64,000 bases of DNA from an uncultured Pelagibacteraceae bacterium. GTDB lineage: Bacteria; Pseudomonadota; Alphaproteobacteria; Pelagibacterales; Pelagibacteraceae. This document shows, piece by piece, positions 37,445-46,499 of the stretch (position 1 is its first letter; the number at the start of each line of letters is the position of its first letter). The position numbers and the translations under genes are program-made. Under the pieces are notes generated by a model that saw only the letters and a program-made list of their open reading frames with translations, ran no database searches and had not been told where the DNA came from. The stretch spans positions 89,285 to 153,284 of the forward strand of contig CACNRG010000001.1 in the NCBI GenBank assembly GCA_902622805.1, in the 5' to 3' direction.

Positions 37445-38293
37445 TTAATCACGAGTAGCAATATAAACACCGATTGTAGTAATTAAAAAACCCAAAAGAT
37501 CTAAATTAGTCAAATTTTCATTTAGAAAAAGCCAAGCCATAAAAGCAGATGTAGCTGGAATTAAAAAGAATATTGAAACTGTCTTACTAGCTGAGTTATT
37601 TTTGATTAAATACATTAATATCGTAAATGCACCAAATGATACTAAAAAAATTTGATGGCTCATTGCAATAATAAATGTTTGCGTAAAATCTATATAAGGT
37701 TTTGCAAAAAAAATTATGATTATGATATGAAACGTTACTCCACCTAAAGCCTGATACATATTGCTTACTGATAACGGTAAATTATTGCTCAGTTTCTTTT
37801 GCCAGATAGTTGAAGATGTAATTGCAATTAGGGCTACTATAGTCGCAATTAGACCAGTCAGAGGAATTTTCGAGCCAATATCTAGGCCAAGAACTAAAGC
37901 TGCACCAGAGAAACCAAGTATAACGCCGATCCATTGTTTAATAGTTACATTTTCATTTAATATTGGTCCACTCAAAGCATTTGTTAAAATTGGTTGAAGT
38001 GTAACAATTAGCGCAGCAATACCAGTGGGCATTCCTTTTGAAATTGAAAAAAAAACTCCCCCTAAATATAATCCATGAAAAAGAACACCACTGAAAAAAG
38101 ATTCAATTAAATTTTTTTTATTAATTAAAATTTTTTGTCTTGAATAAAGAGAGAATAAAAAAAATCCAATAGTTACAATCGAGAATCTAAAAGCAAGAGC
38201 TGAAAAAGGATCACTATTATCAATTAAAGGTTTAGTTGTTATAAACGCAGATGACCAAAGAATAATAAAAATAAAAGGAAACATTTTAGTCAT
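37445..38293 (-). CDS. DMT/EamA family transporter
   Basis: About 10 TM segments, WSSAF, RF, GIAALIVTLQPIL and LNE repeats. Confidence 0.88.
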   Translation of the reverse strand: MTKMFPFIFIILWSSAFITTKPLIDNSDPFSALAFRFSIVTIGFFLFSLYSRQKILINKKNLIESFFSGVLFHGLYLGGVFFSISKGMPTGIAALIVTLQPILTNALSGPILNENVTIKQWIGVILGFSGAALVLGLDIGSKIPLTGLIATIVALIAITSSTIWQKKLSNNLPLSVSNMYQALGGVTFHIIIIIFFAKPYIDFTQTFIIAMSHQIFLVSFGAFTILMYLIKNNSASKTVSIFFLIPATSAFMAWLFLNENLTNLDLLGFLITTIGVYIATRD

Positions 38294-38399
38294 GATATTT
38301 TATAAACTAAAAAGTTAGGTAAAATCATATAAATTTGCACTCAATTTGAACTATTTATTTATAGAATCTGAAAAGCAAATCACTTAATGTCCGATAGGG

Positions 38400-38714
38400 A
38401 TGATAAATAGATTTGTTAAAATTTCTTTTGTTTTAATCTCGTTTGTATTTTTAACGGGATTTATTTCAATATTTTCTCTAATAGGACCTGGGATGACAAT
38501 TTTTTCTTCTGGTAACTTCTATAAAGCTGGTGCTCAATATTTAATTGATCAATCTGTAAAGAAAGAAACGGGAAAGAATACTTTAATATTTATTGGAGAT
38601 GAAATTAAATCTAAAAAACAAGAGTCAGATTTTAATAAAAAATTAAGAAAACTAGTTGAAAAAAGAATTCTAGACACAAGAGCCAAATTAAATCTTAATA
38701 GTGTTAATCAATAA
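38400..38714 (+). CDS. Hypothetical membrane-anchored protein
   Basis: 104 aa, hydrophobic N-terminus, ETGK motif. Confidence 0.6.
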   Translation: MINRFVKISFVLISFVFLTGFISIFSLIGPGMTIFSSGNFYKAGAQYLIDQSVKKETGKNTLIFIGDEIKSKKQESDFNKKLRKLVEKRILDTRAKLNLNSVNQ

Positions 38715-39141
38715 TTCTTAAAAATATCAAATTTTCTTGTTTCGATTCTTTACACCACAGTTCATAACTTTCACACATTCTCCATATATGATCGAACGCT
38801 CTTTGGGAAATTTCTAATGGAAAGTGGCTTTTTGCATAATATAGATCTGGAAATTGAATAAGTTGTTTAATCATCATATCTTTTTGAACTTTTAATAATC
38901 TTAAAGTTTCATTTGGTATTTTCTTCTTAGTATTTCGATCTATAAAATCATCTTTTTTTAATTTTTCAAACCATTCATCATGAAATTTACCACTACTTAT
39001 TTTTTTATAAATTTCTGATCCAATAAAATTATCAATCGCATCTATATTTGTAAAATTGTTATTTTTTTTTATTTTTGAAATTTCAGAATAAATTATTTCT
39101 GCTACAAATAACACGTATGGTCTTTCTTTAGATGCCATCAA
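38704..39141 (-). CDS. Hypothetical protein
   Basis: 145 aa ORF abutting the racemase stop. Confidence 0.65.
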   Translation of the reverse strand: MMASKERPYVLFVAEIIYSEISKIKKNNNFTNIDAIDNFIGSEIYKKISSGKFHDEWFEKLKKDDFIDRNTKKKIPNETLRLLKVQKDMMIKQLIQFPDLYYAKSHFPLEISQRAFDHIWRMCESYELWCKESKQENLIFLRIID

Positions 39142-39888
39142 TTATTTCTTATATTTTTTCATTGCAGCGTGTGCCAATATCAAATTTGGGTCTAAAAAAA
39201 TTTTTGACGTTTTTATTTTCTTGAACGATTTAAATGCAAATATTGCTATAGGTAATTCAGTACATCCAAGAATTATTTTTTTACATTTTTTTTTCACTAA
39301 AGAGTCGATTGCCGGTTTAATAATTTTATTTGCATCTTTCACTTTTCCCATTTTTACAAGTTTGATCGCTTTATTAACTGATTTTTTTTGAAGTAAAGAA
39401 TTTGGATAAATTAGATTATATTTTTTGTCAAAAAATTTGTTATATACACCCGTTCTCAAAGTTCCCTCCGTTGCAAGCAAACCAATAGATGAATTTTTTT
39501 TACACTCTTTAAGAGTATGGTTAAAAACTTCTTTAGGCATATTGATTATAGGTAATTTAATTTTTTTCTTCAAATCATCGTACCAATAGTGAGCAGTATT
39601 GCAGGGTATTACAATAAACTTAGATTTACTTTTTTTTAGTAACTGACAACCTTTTAATAAACTTTTTAAAACTAAAGAATATTTTTTTTTACTTTTTTTA
39701 TTGATTAATTTATTTGATAAATTTCCAGTGTGAACTCCAATAGATTCAGGTCTACCAGGAATATTTGCCTTGTTGTAAAGTAAAAATAAAGGATATTCTT
39801 GATCAATTTTTCCTCTATTTAAAATTGCAAGTTTATTACAGAAGTCTAGACCAGCTTGAGTGCCCATCCCTCCAAGAATACCAATCAT
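39142..39888 (-). CDS. Aspartate/glutamate racemase family protein
   Basis: IGILGGMG and both catalytic Cys (IPCNTAH; ILGCTELP). Confidence 0.9.
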   Translation of the reverse strand: MIGILGGMGTQAGLDFCNKLAILNRGKIDQEYPLFLLYNKANIPGRPESIGVHTGNLSNKLINKKSKKKYSLVLKSLLKGCQLLKKSKSKFIVIPCNTAHYWYDDLKKKIKLPIINMPKEVFNHTLKECKKNSSIGLLATEGTLRTGVYNKFFDKKYNLIYPNSLLQKKSVNKAIKLVKMGKVKDANKIIKPAIDSLVKKKCKKIILGCTELPIAIFAFKSFKKIKTSKIFLDPNLILAHAAMKKYKK

Positions 39889-39911
39889 TTTTTTAATATA
39901 ATGAAGAATTG

Positions 39912-39974
39912 TTTATTGGCTACAAAAAAAACAAGTTTAGTTTTGAGGACCTGAAATAGTTAGTAGCCAATAAA
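39912..39974. repeat. 12-bp perfect inverted repeat downstream of the cold-shock gene
   Basis: TTTATTGGCTAC (39912-39923) ... GTAGCCAATAAA (39963-39974) with a 39-nt spacer. Confidence 0.7.
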
Positions 39975-39988
39975 TGATATTATGAAAA

Positions 39989-40195
39989 TTATGCAGTTTT
40001 TAAGTTAACTGCTGAAGGACCTTTAGGACCATCTTCAACATCGAAAGTCAAAGCTTGACCCTCATCTAAACCGTTCATACCAGCATCTCTCACAGCTGAA
40101 ACATGTACAAACACATCTTTTTCTTTATCTTCTCTTTCAATAAAACCAAAACCTTTGGTTGGATTGAACCATTTTACTTTTCCTTGTAGACTCAT
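39989..40195 (-). CDS. Cold-shock domain RNA chaperone (CspA family; probably the SAR11 CspL ortholog)
   Basis: GKVKWFN..KGFGFI (RNP1), DVFVHVSA (RNP2), [10 protein letters not shown]. Confidence 0.95.
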   Translation of the reverse strand: MSLQGKVKWFNPTKGFGFIEREDKEKDVFVHVSAVRDAGMNGLDEGQALTFDVEDGPKGPSAVNLKTA

Positions 40196-40313
40196 ATTTT
40201 TCTTCTTACTTTTTGTTATATTAATTTATTACTTATAATTAAGTAATCTGAGCTTTCTTTATAATTAATGAGGTTTTGTCAACAAAATATATTAAATTAA
40301 TATCAATTTAATT

Positions 40314-40781
40314 CTAATTGTTGTTTAAAAGTTTAGTTAAATACAGTGAATTAATATCCTCTTTATAATGAGAAAAAGGTGGACAAGGTTTAAAACCACA
40401 ATTATTAAATAATTTTCTTGCTGGTATAAAAAAATTACTAGTTCCAGTTTCAATACTTATTCTATTAATATTTAGTTTTTTTGCTTTTTCGATTAAATGG
40501 TTGATGATCTTCATACCATTACCCTTGCCTTTAAAATCATCATGAACTCTAATAGATTTAAATTCACCATGGTTTTGATCTAAAAATTTTAAGGCCCCAC
40601 AACCCATTAAAAAATTTTCCTCCCACAAACTCCAAAATTTTATTGAGGATATCTTAAGACCAGGTATATCCAAAACATGAGCACTTCCTTCAGGTGAGGC
40701 TGCTCTTAGTTCAATAAAATGTTTTTTTAATAGTTGATTAACCTCAGGATGTTCAAAATTACCTTCAATTGATTTAAGCAT
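40314..40781 (-). CDS. GNAT family N-acetyltransferase
   Basis: GCGALK, GEFKSIRV...KGKGNG, SIETG, PFSHY. Confidence 0.85.
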   Translation of the reverse strand: MLKSIEGNFEHPEVNQLLKKHFIELRAASPEGSAHVLDIPGLKISSIKFWSLWEENFLMGCGALKFLDQNHGEFKSIRVHDDFKGKGNGMKIINHLIEKAKKLNINRISIETGTSNFFIPARKLFNNCGFKPCPPFSHYKEDINSLYLTKLLNNN

Positions 40782-41828
40782 TTATTTTAAAATAGTTAAA
40801 TGGCCCATTTTTCTTTTTTCTTTAATATCTTTTTTAAGATAGTCAAAAAAAAATTGATTATCTTTGTTTTTAAGATTTTCTCGATATGGAATTATCTGAT
40901 CTCCAATTAGATTTATCATTTCAGCATTAGCTATTTTTTTTAAAGGAATTTGCTCTAGAGAACACACTGCTCTCACATGATTCTCGAATTGACTCACATT
41001 ATAAGCGTTAATTGTCAAATGACCTGAATTATGAACTCTTGGAGCAATTTCATTCACATATAAATTTTCATTTCGATCTATAAAAAATTCTACACAAAGA
41101 GTTCCAATATATTTTAATTCTTCAGCAATGAGTATTGCCCACTCCTTAGATTGTTCAAAAATTTTTTTACTTATTTCTGCTGGAATTTTAGAATGTTTTA
41201 AAATTTGTTCTTCATGAGTATTTTCAATTGGCTCGTAGATTTCATATCTATTATTACCAAAGCGAGTAACTATTACAGAAATCTCTTTTTTTAATTTGAC
41301 TAGTTTTTCTAAAATATATTCATTATTAAAATTTATTTTTAAAGAGTCTATTTCTTTCAAGTTTGTGATTGGATATTGTCCTTTACCATCATACCCCATA
41401 GTTGTTGTTTTTAAAATTCCTGGACAAAAATCATTTAACGTTAAAAGATCTTCTTTGTTTTCAACATGCACATATCTAGTTGTTCTAATATTTAATTTAT
41501 TAATAAAGTCTTTTTCTGCTAATCTATGTTGTATCAAACGGTTTACGGACGGTTTTGGTAAAACAGGCTTTAATTTGTTCAGATCATTAAGAGACTCAAA
41601 TGGAATATTTTCGAATTCATATGTAATTACATTAACTTTTTTAGCAAATTCAACAATTTTGTTTTTATCTAAATATTTTGCATAAATAAACTCATCACAA
41701 AAATTTTGTCCTGGAGCATCTTTGTCATCACAGTAAATAACTGTTTTGATATTTAATTCTTTTGCAGCTTTAGAAAGCATACTTCCTAATTGTCCACCAC
41801 CAATTATCCCAAGTTTTATTTCAGACAT
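40782..41828 (-). CDS. purK: N5-carboxyaminoimidazole ribonucleotide synthase
   Basis: GIIGGGQLG, TYEFENIP, GYDGKGQ, NEIAPRVHNSGH, RKMGH. Confidence 0.95.
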   Translation of the reverse strand: MSEIKLGIIGGGQLGSMLSKAAKELNIKTVIYCDDKDAPGQNFCDEFIYAKYLDKNKIVEFAKKVNVITYEFENIPFESLNDLNKLKPVLPKPSVNRLIQHRLAEKDFINKLNIRTTRYVHVENKEDLLTLNDFCPGILKTTTMGYDGKGQYPITNLKEIDSLKINFNNEYILEKLVKLKKEISVIVTRFGNNRYEIYEPIENTHEEQILKHSKIPAEISKKIFEQSKEWAILIAEELKYIGTLCVEFFIDRNENLYVNEIAPRVHNSGHLTINAYNVSQFENHVRAVCSLEQIPLKKIANAEMINLIGDQIIPYRENLKNKDNQFFFDYLKKDIKEKRKMGHLTILK

Positions 41829-42319
41829 TATTTAGGATATCTTTTTACTGATTTGGTTTGAGATAATCTCCAACTTTCAAGTTTATTTCTAATTTTTTGA
41901 TTATAATTACTTAAAATCGATGCAGCAAGCAAAGCAGCATTGATTGCTCCATCTTCGCCAATAGCAAGAGTTCCAACAGGTATCCCTCTCGGCATTTGGG
42001 AAATTGACAATAAGCTATCTAAGCCTTTTAATTTTTTACTTTCGACAGGAACACCTAAAACTGGTCTTGAAGTTAAAGCCGCAATCATTCCAGGCAAATG
42101 AGCTGATCCACCTGCACCTGCAATGATGACCCCTATATTATTTTTTTTTACATTTGAGGCATATTCGTACAATCTCTTTGGTGTTCGGTGAGCAGAGATA
42201 ATTTTCGTTTCAAACTTAATACTTAAATTTTTTAGAGTTTTTTCACATAATTTCATGATCTTGTAGTCAGACTGACTACCCATCACAATTGATACTTTGA
42301 AAGCTTTGTTTTTATTCAT
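41828..42319 (-). CDS. purE: N5-CAIR mutase
   Basis: [33 protein letters not shown]. Confidence 0.97.
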   Translation of the reverse strand: MNKNKAFKVSIVMGSQSDYKIMKLCEKTLKNLSIKFETKIISAHRTPKRLYEYASNVKKNNIGVIIAGAGGSAHLPGMIAALTSRPVLGVPVESKKLKGLDSLLSISQMPRGIPVGTLAIGEDGAINAALLAASILSNYNQKIRNKLESWRLSQTKSVKRYPK

Positions 42320-42414
42320 ATTAGTGAAAAAACTTTATTTCAAAATATACTTAAAATTTCAATAAAATTAATAGAAATTGAAAATACATGTTGATATTGT
42401 TTATTTACAAACTC

Positions 42415-43380
42415 ATGAATTATAGAATAGATAATCTGCAATATTGTAAATGGTCTCGAAAAATTTTTGAAATTAACAGAGAAGCTGGTCTTGATGCCGT
42501 TCATGTTACTATAGTTTACCATGAAGATTTTGACGAACTACTTCTTGAAATCAAAAAGTGGGATAAATTATTTAAAGAAAACTCAGATTTAATTTTCTTG
42601 GGTGGTAATCATGAAGATATCGAAAAGGCTCAATTAGAAAAAAAAACAGCTATTTTTTTTGGTTTTCAAAATTGTTCACCTATTGAAGATGATATAAATT
42701 TAGTTGAAAAAGTCCACGAGCTTGGATGTCGATTTATGCAACTTACGTATAACAATCAATCTTTGTTAGCGACTGGATGTTATGAAAAAGTAGATAGCGG
42801 CGTAACTAATTTTGGAAGAGAAACAATTAAAGAGATGAATAAAGTAGGAATAGTTGTTGATATGTCACATTCAGCTGAAAAAAGCACTTTTGATGCAATT
42901 GAAATTAGTGAAAAACCTATAGCGATTACTCATGCAAATCCAGCATTTTGGCATCCAGCAAAAAGAAACAAATCAAATGATCTACTAAAAACTTTAGGAG
43001 ATAGTGGAGGCATGTTGGGTCTTTCTTTATATCCTCATCATTTAAAAAATAATACAAATTGTGACCTAGATAGTTTTTGTGAGATGATTGCAAGAACTGC
43101 AGAAATTATGAATTTAAAAAATATTGGCATTGGATCAGATCTTTGTATAGAACAGCCAGACAGTGTTGTTGAATGGATGAGAAATGGTACTTGGTCTAAA
43201 AGTAAAAATTATGGTGAAGGTTCAAAAAATAGACCCGGTTTTCCAAAACAACCCGATTGGTTTAAAGATGCTAGAGGGTTTCAAAATTTAGAAAATGGAT
43301 TGAAAAAAATTGGATTTTCTGAGGATGAAACCAATGGTATACTTGGTAACAATTGGTTTAACTTTTATAAAAATATTTAA
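42415..43380 (+). CDS. Membrane dipeptidase (peptidase M19) family amidohydrolase
   Basis: QLTYN, DMSH, ITHANP..RNK, IGIGSD, ILGNNW. ATG at 42415 preferred over 42388. Confidence 0.85.
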   Translation: MNYRIDNLQYCKWSRKIFEINREAGLDAVHVTIVYHEDFDELLLEIKKWDKLFKENSDLIFLGGNHEDIEKAQLEKKTAIFFGFQNCSPIEDDINLVEKVHELGCRFMQLTYNNQSLLATGCYEKVDSGVTNFGRETIKEMNKVGIVVDMSHSAEKSTFDAIEISEKPIAITHANPAFWHPAKRNKSNDLLKTLGDSGGMLGLSLYPHHLKNNTNCDLDSFCEMIARTAEIMNLKNIGIGSDLCIEQPDSVVEWMRNGTWSKSKNYGEGSKNRPGFPKQPDWFKDARGFQNLENGLKKIGFSEDETNGILGNNWFNFYKNI

Positions 43381-45042
43381 ATGCAAATTAAATTAAGAAA
43401 CCCTAATGCAATAATGAAATTATCTAGATTAGGATCATTCCACCAATCAAGATTATCCTTTTTAAGAAGTTTTTTAGATGAGTTTAAAGATTGGGAATAT
43501 AAAAATGATTTATTCAATTTAGATGAAAATGGTTATGGTACTGCAATTTATTCATTTAAAAAAAAAGATAGAGTTTACTCTTTAATATGTTTTGCAAACA
43601 AAATTAAAGATGAGGAAAGATCAGATAGAGTGATTGCAAATAAATGGGATGCTGCTTTTACATTACATGATGGTGTTCCATCAATAGATGATGTTGAAAG
43701 ATTAAGAAATGAAGTTCCAAAACAAGAAGTAGGTAGATTATCTTATAAAGAGTTAACACTATCTAGAGCCAACAAATCAGTTAGAGTATTTAATCATGTA
43801 GTTGAAAGTTTAAGTAAAGGCCAACAACCAGATCTAAATCTTTTAGAAAAAGTAGGGTATCTTTATAGAACAACAGCTGTATACGGATCTGGAAAATTTG
43901 GGCTCGCAGATAGATTTAGAGTAAAAAATAGACAAGAAATCAATGGTCCGTTTAGATTAGAAATGATGTTGGTTTATTTAGTAAGACAATTTACTTTTGA
44001 TCAAGTTAATCATATAGCTAAATTAAAAAGTCCTAATATTGCAGTTAAGCTTGATCCAAAAATATGTAAAAAATTAGGTATTGGTAATTCAACTGGCCTT
44101 GGAATGGCACCATTTATTGTTAATCATCCTACATTACTAAATAATTGGATTATGAGTAGAGAAATTGCTTTAAAAAAAATTCGAGAGATAAAAAAAGTTA
44201 ATTCAAAAGAAATAAAAATTTTTAAAGAAAGTTTAATAAATTCAATTAAAAATATAACAAGCTGGAATACAGAAAGCGAATATCAAAAAAAAAAAATTAA
44301 TTCTCTTTTAACAGATATTAAAAAATTTTTAAAATTCTCTGAAAAAGACTTTGATTTTGAAATTGATTATCCTTTTAATGAAATATATTTGTGGTTAGAG
44401 CAAAATACATGTGAAGAATGTATAGAATATGTTGTCTCAATGATGTTAGAGCCTTTTGATGAAATTGTTAAACCATTAATTAGCAAGATGAGTTCAGAAG
44501 AGGACCAGTATTTTACAATACCGACTCATCGAACAGTACAAGATTTAAGAAATATTATTGAAAGAAATTATCCCGACATATTAAAAATTAATTTCGAAAA
44601 TAAAAAAAATTTTAAAAATTTTTGGTTTATTTCAAAAAATAAAGAAGAACCCAGGTATGCGGATAGATTTGATGAAAATGGAGCAGAGTTGGAACAACCA
44701 CTTGCGATAGCAAGAGACATAAAAAAACTGTATAATGTACTTAAGGTTTCTAAAAATAGTTTAACAATTGATAGATTTTTAGTTGAAAACTCTGATTTAA
44801 GACATGTTATAAGAAGAGCTTTCATAATTGAAAACTTTCCTTACTCTGAAATACAAGACAATACAATTAGCGAAAAAGTAATTCCTATTGATATGTTGAG
44901 ATTGAAGCTTTCTTTTTTTGGAGCTTTAAAATTTGATCCAAGATCAGATAAATGGCTAAGAATATGTATGTTTCAAGGAGCACCTCTTCCAACTGATTTA
45001 AAAAATTTAGATCAGCAATGGGTTTACAACTTTGAAAATTAA
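43381..45042 (+). CDS. Hypothetical protein (553 aa)
   Basis: Long ORF abutting the dipeptidase, with conserved-looking motifs (RSDRVIA, GYLYRTTAVYGSGKFGLADR, GIGNSTGLGMAPF, FDPRSDKW). Confidence 0.8.
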   Translation: MQIKLRNPNAIMKLSRLGSFHQSRLSFLRSFLDEFKDWEYKNDLFNLDENGYGTAIYSFKKKDRVYSLICFANKIKDEERSDRVIANKWDAAFTLHDGVPSIDDVERLRNEVPKQEVGRLSYKELTLSRANKSVRVFNHVVESLSKGQQPDLNLLEKVGYLYRTTAVYGSGKFGLADRFRVKNRQEINGPFRLEMMLVYLVRQFTFDQVNHIAKLKSPNIAVKLDPKICKKLGIGNSTGLGMAPFIVNHPTLLNNWIMSREIALKKIREIKKVNSKEIKIFKESLINSIKNITSWNTESEYQKKKINSLLTDIKKFLKFSEKDFDFEIDYPFNEIYLWLEQNTCEECIEYVVSMMLEPFDEIVKPLISKMSSEEDQYFTIPTHRTVQDLRNIIERNYPDILKINFENKKNFKNFWFISKNKEEPRYADRFDENGAELEQPLAIARDIKKLYNVLKVSKNSLTIDRFLVENSDLRHVIRRAFIIENFPYSEIQDNTISEKVIPIDMLRLKLSFFGALKFDPRSDKWLRICMFQGAPLPTDLKNLDQQWVYNFEN

Positions 45043-45044
45043 AA

Positions 45045-45656
45045 ATGAAATCTTTAAGCGAAATAGATACTACCTCAAAGAGAGCAAGTAAGGCCATAGG
45101 CTTTTCATGGGGAGAAGCCGAAGAGATTGGAAAAGGTATTAGACTTTTGGAATTTTTTGGACTTCAGGGTATTAAGACTTTAAATCAATATTACAGCTTA
45201 AAACTTAAAAAAAAATTTGAGAATATAAGTTTAATTGATAAAAATAATATAATTAAAAAAAATCCTTATTGTCCGATCACATTAGGTATTAATTTTCTTG
45301 ATCAAATTAAAAGTATTGAAAAGTTTAAAAAAATTAAATTTAACAAAGTTGTTTTTCCTTTACTGATGTTACCTTTTTTAAGTAGATGTTCAGAAATAAT
45401 AGGAAAGAAAATAAGAGTTAACTTCAATGAAGTTGAATTTTTATTAAATCTTAACGTTAATATTTCGTCTAATTTATTAAATAATAACTGTCCTATCAAT
45501 GCAGACAATACTGAGGTTGTTATATTAGAAAATGAGGATAATTTTTCAGAACAAGAATGGAAAAGCTTATACAAACTTTCTGAAGATACTTTTGTTGAGG
45601 AGACAGATAGTTTAAAAAAGTCTGCTGCCGGTGCAGGATTAACTGATAATGACTAA
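45045..45656 (+). CDS. DUF3726-like protein
   Basis: SLSEI...KRASKAIGFSWGEAEE N-terminus and AGAGLTDND C-terminus, recalled as characteristic of this family. Confidence 0.7.
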   Translation: MKSLSEIDTTSKRASKAIGFSWGEAEEIGKGIRLLEFFGLQGIKTLNQYYSLKLKKKFENISLIDKNNIIKKNPYCPITLGINFLDQIKSIEKFKKIKFNKVVFPLLMLPFLSRCSEIIGKKIRVNFNEVEFLLNLNVNISSNLLNNNCPINADNTEVVILENEDNFSEQEWKSLYKLSEDTFVEETDSLKKSAAGAGLTDND

Positions 45657-45819
45657 TAAAAATTTAAAAGACATTACTGATGATATAATTATTAAAGATT
45701 TGGATGATATTTGTGATGAGTGCAAAAAAAAAGAGGACAGTGTCACCCACAATTTAATCCTTACAGGTTTTAAAATATGTCAATCTTGCAGACTATCAAA
45801 GACAATATTTCCGATTTAA
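45649..45819 (+). CDS. Small CxxC-CxxC (putative Zn-binding) protein, 56 aa
   Basis: Manual translation MTNKNLKDITDDIIIKDLDDICDECKKKEDSVTHNLILTGFKICQSCRLSKTIFPI*. Overlaps the upstream gene by 8 nt and the convergent gene by 4 nt. Confidence 0.7.
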   Translation: MTNKNLKDITDDIIIKDLDDICDECKKKEDSVTHNLILTGFKICQSCRLSKTIFPI

Positions 45820-46358
45820 ATATTATTAATCGGTAGAGCGTCCATTCTACTCATTACAAAAGATATAGATAAAAAAGCAATAATTAAAAAAGCTAAAAAA
45901 ACAATTCCAAATGCTTTAAAATTTGATTTAAGGTTTAAAACTTGTCTTGTGGATATTATTAATGCAGCAAAAATCCAAAATTGTGTAAGAAATATAATAG
46001 GCACCATTAATTCAGGAGTTACTGCAAAAAATCTTAGTAAACCTGGTGCATGTGCAAAACCAACAGCAGTTAAAACTTTTTTAAAATCTACTTTAGTTTG
46101 TTTGTCAGGAAAAAGTTTTACGCCTATTACATAAATAAAAATACCCCAAACTAACCACGTTAAAATTGCTGTGAGGCCTGACATAGCAATTGCTGTTTTA
46201 ATAATAGTATTAGCTGCAACAGCACCAGCAATACCGTCAAGAATCATGATTAAGCCAGCAAAATAAATAGCTGCATCACCAAAATTCTTATTATCGCTAT
46301 ATAGAGTCTTGTCTAACTTAATTGATTTAAAGACTATACTTAAGAATTCTCCAAACAT
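45816..46358 (-). CDS. YIP1-like integral membrane protein
   Basis: About 5 TM segments, VLTAVGFAHAPG motif. Confidence 0.7.
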   Translation of the reverse strand: MFGEFLSIVFKSIKLDKTLYSDNKNFGDAAIYFAGLIMILDGIAGAVAANTIIKTAIAMSGLTAILTWLVWGIFIYVIGVKLFPDKQTKVDFKKVLTAVGFAHAPGLLRFFAVTPELMVPIIFLTQFWIFAALIISTRQVLNLKSNFKAFGIVFLAFLIIAFLSISFVMSRMDALPINNI

Positions 46359-46462
46359 TATTTTTTTTTATTTTTTTGTTCTTTGTAAGAAACTATTAAT
46401 GGAAAGAGTATTAAAGCAATAGTTATTATAATGCAAACCGCTATTAGAAAACCTTTAGTCAT
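46358..46462 (-). CDS. Putative 34-aa single-TM peptide
   Basis: MTKGFLIAVCIIITIALILFPLIVSYKEQKNKKK*. Its stop overlaps the next ATG (TAATG), suggesting translational coupling. Confidence 0.5.
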   Translation of the reverse strand: MTKGFLIAVCIIITIALILFPLIVSYKEQKNKKK

Positions 46463-46467
46463 TTTTT

Positions 46468-46490
46468 AGGGGGAGTATTGCACTCCCCCT
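46468..46490. terminator. GC-rich hairpin after the aminomethyltransferase gene (terminator or 3' stabiliser)
   Basis: AGGGGGAGT-ATTGC-ACTCCCCCT. No U tract follows on the minus strand. Confidence 0.55.
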
Positions 46491-46499
46491 TAAATTAAT

